A stretch of 64,000 bases of DNA from contig UQGR01000001.1 in assembly GCA_900540705.1 (NCBI GenBank), forward strand, positions 90,062-154,061, read 5' to 3'. The notes below the pieces were generated by a model. It was given only the letters and a program-made list of their open reading frames with translations, had not been told where the DNA came from and made no database searches. Of the stretch, positions 61,631-64,000 are shown piece by piece. A program made the position numbers and the translations under genes. How positions within the stretch are numbered: the stretch's first letter is position 1; every line of letters begins with the position of its first letter. This stretch comes from an uncultured Mollicutes bacterium (GTDB lineage Bacteria > Bacillota_I > Bacilli_A > Acholeplasmatales > Anaeroplasmataceae).

Positions 61631-61636
61631 AAACAT

Positions 61637-61643
61637 ACCTCCT
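61637..61643 (-). promoter_or_regulatory. Shine-Dalgarno AGGAGGT for gene A
   Basis: Minus strand: TTAACAGGAGGTATGTTTATGAAAAAG. GGAGG lies 7 nt before ATG 61630 and directly abuts ATG 61636. Confidence 0.7.
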
Positions 61644-61726
61644 GTTAAAGAATCAATTTTATTCTTCTGATGAGAAAGCTTTTCCCTTCCCAACAAGTAT
61701 ATTTTCTTTTTCTTTTTTGTCTCTCC

Positions 61727-61752
61727 CACATACGCGCGTATACACGCGCACA
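61727..61752. promoter_or_regulatory. 26-nt strictly alternating pyrimidine-purine, GC-rich tract (cacatacgcgcgtatacacgcgcaca) containing the palindrome TACGCGCGTA. It lies in the gene A 5' leader just downstream of the -10. Z-DNA-prone, and would form a strong RNA hairpin.
   Basis: Read directly: plus 61727..61752 alternates Y-R without interruption. The surrounding intergenic DNA is about 20% GC. Confidence 0.5.
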
Positions 61753-61770
61753 ACGCACTCACGTATGATA

Positions 61771-61799
61771 ATTATATCATATTTTGATTTATGGTTCAA
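61771..61799 (-). promoter_or_regulatory. Sigma-A-type promoter for gene A: -35 TTGAAC (61799..61794), 17-nt spacer, extended -10 TGaTATAAT (61779..61771)
   Basis: Minus strand: GTTGAACCATAAATCAAAATATGATATAATTATCATACG. Near-consensus, and sits about 140 nt upstream of the start codon. Confidence 0.6.
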
Positions 61800-61842
61800 C
61801 AAAATATATATAAAAATATATATATTTTAACCTTTTTCGACC

Positions 61843-61863
61843 TATTTTTCGACAAAAAAATAA
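61843..61863. promoter_or_regulatory. Direct repeat TTTTTCGAC-cta-TTTTTCGAC (minus strand GTCGAAAAA x2, 12 bp centre to centre) about 45-65 bp upstream of the -35
   Basis: Plus strand 'cctttttcgacctatttttcgacaaaaaaa'. The position and helical spacing fit a direct-repeat transcription-factor site or UP-like element. Confidence 0.3.
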
Positions 61864-61944
61864 CATTTCACTGTCATTATATGTTTTTTCTAGAATATTT
61901 TTTGAAAATCAGTAATCCTTTAAATTTGTTATTTTTGTGATAAT

Positions 61945-61978
61945 TTTTCCAAAAATTTCACAAAGAAAAACCCTTATG
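61945..61978 (-). terminator. Rho-independent terminator of gene C
   Basis: Plus stem aaaccctt (61958..61965) / aagggttt (61971..61978), loop atgaa. On the minus strand this is followed by UUUCUUUGUGAAAUUUUU. It lies 33 nt after the TAA stop at 62013..62011. Confidence 0.75.
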
Positions 61979-62010
61979 AAAAGGGTTTCATCAATTGATT
62001 TTTTAAGGGA

Positions 62011-64000
62011 TTAATTCCAAATTTCTATAGAATTATCCGCTCCATAATGCCAATAATTTCCTTCCTTTTTTGTCTCGCTATACCAGAATACATTGTCCCC
62101 TCCAGGATACCAATTATTGTTCCAGCCAGTCGGCTTTTCGGTTGCTTCTGCATAAATGATTAGATTAGAATTATTGATAAATGCGTTAGAATCAATCTTA
62201 GTAACACTAGCAGGAATAATCAAAGATGTAAGCTTTGTACAGCCCATAAAGGCAGCATATCGAATCTGAGAAATCGGTCCAGAAAGAGTAACTTTTTCTA
62301 ATCCATAGCAATTGGCAAAGGTGCTTTGTTCTAAGACTTTTAAGTTGTTTAGTTGAATCTCAACTAGCAATCTGCACCCTGAAAAAGCATTAGATCCTAG
62401 CTTAGTAATCGCTGATAAATCGATCTCAGATAACCCACTACAGCCAGCAAAGGCATAGGATTCTATGGTTTTAACCTTAGGAATAGAAATCGTCCTTAAG
62501 GCACTGCAGCCCCTAAAACAGGAGGATGGAATGGTTACAACAGCGGTTAAAACAATAGTTTCTAGGCTGCTATCCTCTTCAAAACAGCTGGCTCCCAAGG
62601 AGGAAATAGTAGAGGAAATCGCCACCTCAGCAAGCGCCTTACATTTGGCAAACGCATATTTTTCTATGCTTGATACATTCTCCGTGAACTGGACTTTTTT
62701 CAAATTTTTAATTCCATAGAACTGATATGCCTGCGGATTTTGATCTATGGTTGCCTCTTCTATTAGGACATCATCCACCCATAGTTCTCCTGTTGCATTT
62801 AAAGGGGTGGAGCTAAGGGAGGCAAATCTAAGATCAAGCCAATTCTCTAAGCCACCAAAATAATGAACCTGTTTTAAGGATGAACAGCCAAAGAACGCAC
62901 TATCCCCAATTCCAATGCTTCCTAAAGAGCCAAAGGCCAATTGCTCAAGCTCCTTACACTTGGCAAACGCATAGCCACCAATTTCCTGCAAGGTATTTGA
63001 AAGCGTAACAGATTGAATGGTTTTAAAGCCGTAGAACTGATAATTTCCGATAGAGGAGCTTGTAGTTAAATCAAGGTTCAAAAGGCTGATAGTCTCATCT
63101 GTAAAATGTATGTCAGCGTCATTTTGAACTGGTGTAGAATATTGGTCCTTAAACTCTATATTCATCCAATCCTCCAAGGTTCCCGAATAGGATACCATTG
63201 TTATTCCTAAGGAAGAAAATGCACCTTCTTCTACTACCCTTAATTGGCTAGATAGCTCTATGCCCTGAAGTGCATCACAGCCCGAAAAGGCAGAAACGCC
63301 AATCCTTTCAACACTGGCAAGCTTTAAATTTTTTAGCTGTTTAAAGCCATAAAATTGATAATTTCCAATCTCAGGGGTATTGCTCAAAGAAAGCATAATA
63401 GGCTGCTCCCAAGCCCCTTCTAGCGTTTTAGAGCTAAAGGTAGCCCCAGACCACATAGGTGTAGCATATTGATTGGAGAAATTAATCGTTGCCCAGTCCT
63501 CCATAGAACCATCAAAATAAATTTCATTTAAGGCTATACACCTTGCAAACGCGTCAGCAAAGACAGTTTGAAGCTTGCCACCTATATCTAACCTGCTAAG
63601 CCCTGTACAGTCCGTAAATGCCTGATTTCCAATTTCTTTAGCATTGGGAAGAGATAATCTTTCCATCTGACTGAAGCCATAGAACTGATAATCCCCAATT
63701 TCCTCTAGATCTATGGTAAAATCTGTCAAGCGGATATAGCCATCATTTAGAACATAGAAGCCCTCTGCATAACTCATTGGAGTAGAATATTCATTTTCAA
63801 AGGAAATCGCTGTCCAAGCAGCAAGAGAATCACAATAGACCTCATTCAATGATGTACAGCCAGTAAAGGCATTCTCACTAATAGATTGAACTTCCCCAGT
63901 AAGCCAAAGCTTTTCTAAGCCTGTACAGCTATGGAAGGCCCCACCCTCAATCAGTGGAACATTATTCAAGTGGATTTCCTTCAGCATGGTACAATTATAG
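62011..64000 (-). CDS. BspA-type LRR surface protein, partial (5' end beyond window; at least 663 aa). Four ~130-aa super-repeats, each with a 'W..I.F...Y[SA]TP' motif; C-terminal 'PTGWNNNWYPGGDNVFWY...' cap
   Basis: ORF-track translation shows LRR consensus (IGNYQFYGFK.L..L.L, IGxxAFxxCxxL). Repeated motifs AWTAISFENEYSTP, DWATINFSNQYATP, DWMNIEFKDQYSTP, NWLDLRFASLSSTP. The first Met (63987) is internal and the ORF is open to the window edge. Confidence 0.8.
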   Translation of the reverse strand, partial: YNCTMLKEIHLNNVPLIEGGAFHSCTGLEKLWLTGEVQSISENAFTGCTSLNEVYCDSLAAWTAISFENEYSTPMSYAEGFYVLNDGYIRLTDFTIDLEEIGDYQFYGFSQMERLSLPNAKEIGNQAFTDCTGLSRLDIGGKLQTVFADAFARCIALNEIYFDGSMEDWATINFSNQYATPMWSGATFSSKTLEGAWEQPIMLSLSNTPEIGNYQFYGFKQLKNLKLASVERIGVSAFSGCDALQGIELSSQLRVVEEGAFSSLGITMVSYSGTLEDWMNIEFKDQYSTPVQNDADIHFTDETISLLNLDLTTSSSIGNYQFYGFKTIQSVTLSNTLQEIGGYAFAKCKELEQLAFGSLGSIGIGDSAFFGCSSLKQVHYFGGLENWLDLRFASLSSTPLNATGELWVDDVLIEEATIDQNPQAYQFYGIKNLKKVQFTENVSSIEKYAFAKCKALAEVAISSTISSLGASCFEEDSSLETIVLTAVVTIPSSCFRGCSALRTISIPKVKTIESYAFAGCSGLSEIDLSAITKLGSNAFSGCRLLVEIQLNNLKVLEQSTFANCYGLEKVTLSGPISQIRYAAFMGCTKLTSLIIPASVTKIDSNAFINNSNLIIYAEATEKPTGWNNNWYPGGDNVFWYSETKKEGNYWHYGADNSIEIWN

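Noticed and set aside
76-61670. About 30 plus-strand ORFs of 60-129 aa listed in the track (e.g. 26292..26678, 40892..41281)
   Set aside because: All lie antisense within the giant minus-strand genes and have low-complexity, repeat-mirroring translations. They are frame artefacts of a long AT-rich coding region.
1-64000. Mobile elements, CRISPR arrays, tRNA/rRNA genes, toxin-antitoxin or defence-system genes
   Set aside because: None seen. The whole window is three surface-protein genes plus two short intergenic spacers, and there is no room for additional genes.

Overview
This 64-kb, low-GC window (about 35-38% GC by eye) holds only three genes. All three are on the minus strand and all encode BspA-type leucine-rich-repeat (LRR) surface proteins.

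- **Gene A (13355..61762 as an ORF; most likely start at 61630).** It is one uninterrupted 48.3-kb reading frame encoding a 16,091-16,135 aa secreted protein. From N- to C-terminus it reads:
  - signal peptide;
  - LRR block 1 (about 1,850 aa);
  - a region of about 1,800 aa made of roughly 20 Asp/Gly-rich repeats with a 'G-x-D-G-x-L-G-T-x-D-D' core, containing one small embedded LRR patch;
  - LRR block 2 (about 9,400 aa), punctuated some 25 times by a 'PF[VI]G ... LFG[YW]IFG' insertion;
  - about 1,000 aa of other beta-rich domains;
  - a tandem array of Ig-like 'YDG'-motif (MBG-like) repeats;
  - a C-terminal type-I dockerin, with no LPXTG or other cell-wall anchor.
- **Gene B (1..12888, 3' end beyond the window).** It is a second giant paralog-like gene of more than 4,296 aa (signal peptide, LRR, a 'GW...NWN' cap, then Ig-like repeats). 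I translated its first ~730 codons by hand and found no stop. The ORF track omits it only because the ORF runs off the window edge.
- **Gene C (62011..64000, 5' end beyond the window).** It is a third LRR protein built from four ~130-aa super-repeats.

Each gene has its own rho-independent terminator, and genes A and B each have a near-consensus sigma-A promoter and a long 5' leader, so these are separate transcription units. I found no RNA genes, CRISPR arrays or mobile elements. The plus-strand ORFs in the track are antisense artefacts of the giant genes.

The features most worth a second look are:
- the sheer size of gene A;
- the dockerin tail, which implies cohesin-mediated display of an LRR adhesin;
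- the Asp/Gly-rich repeat family, which I could not assign to a named domain;
- a 51-nt near-exact in-frame direct repeat 732 bp apart inside gene A, marking a recent cassette duplication or gene-conversion tract;
- a 26-nt strictly alternating pyrimidine-purine GC-rich palindromic element in the gene A leader.

By inference, the source is probably a low-GC Firmicute (Clostridia, gut or rumen anaerobe) with a cohesin-dockerin system.
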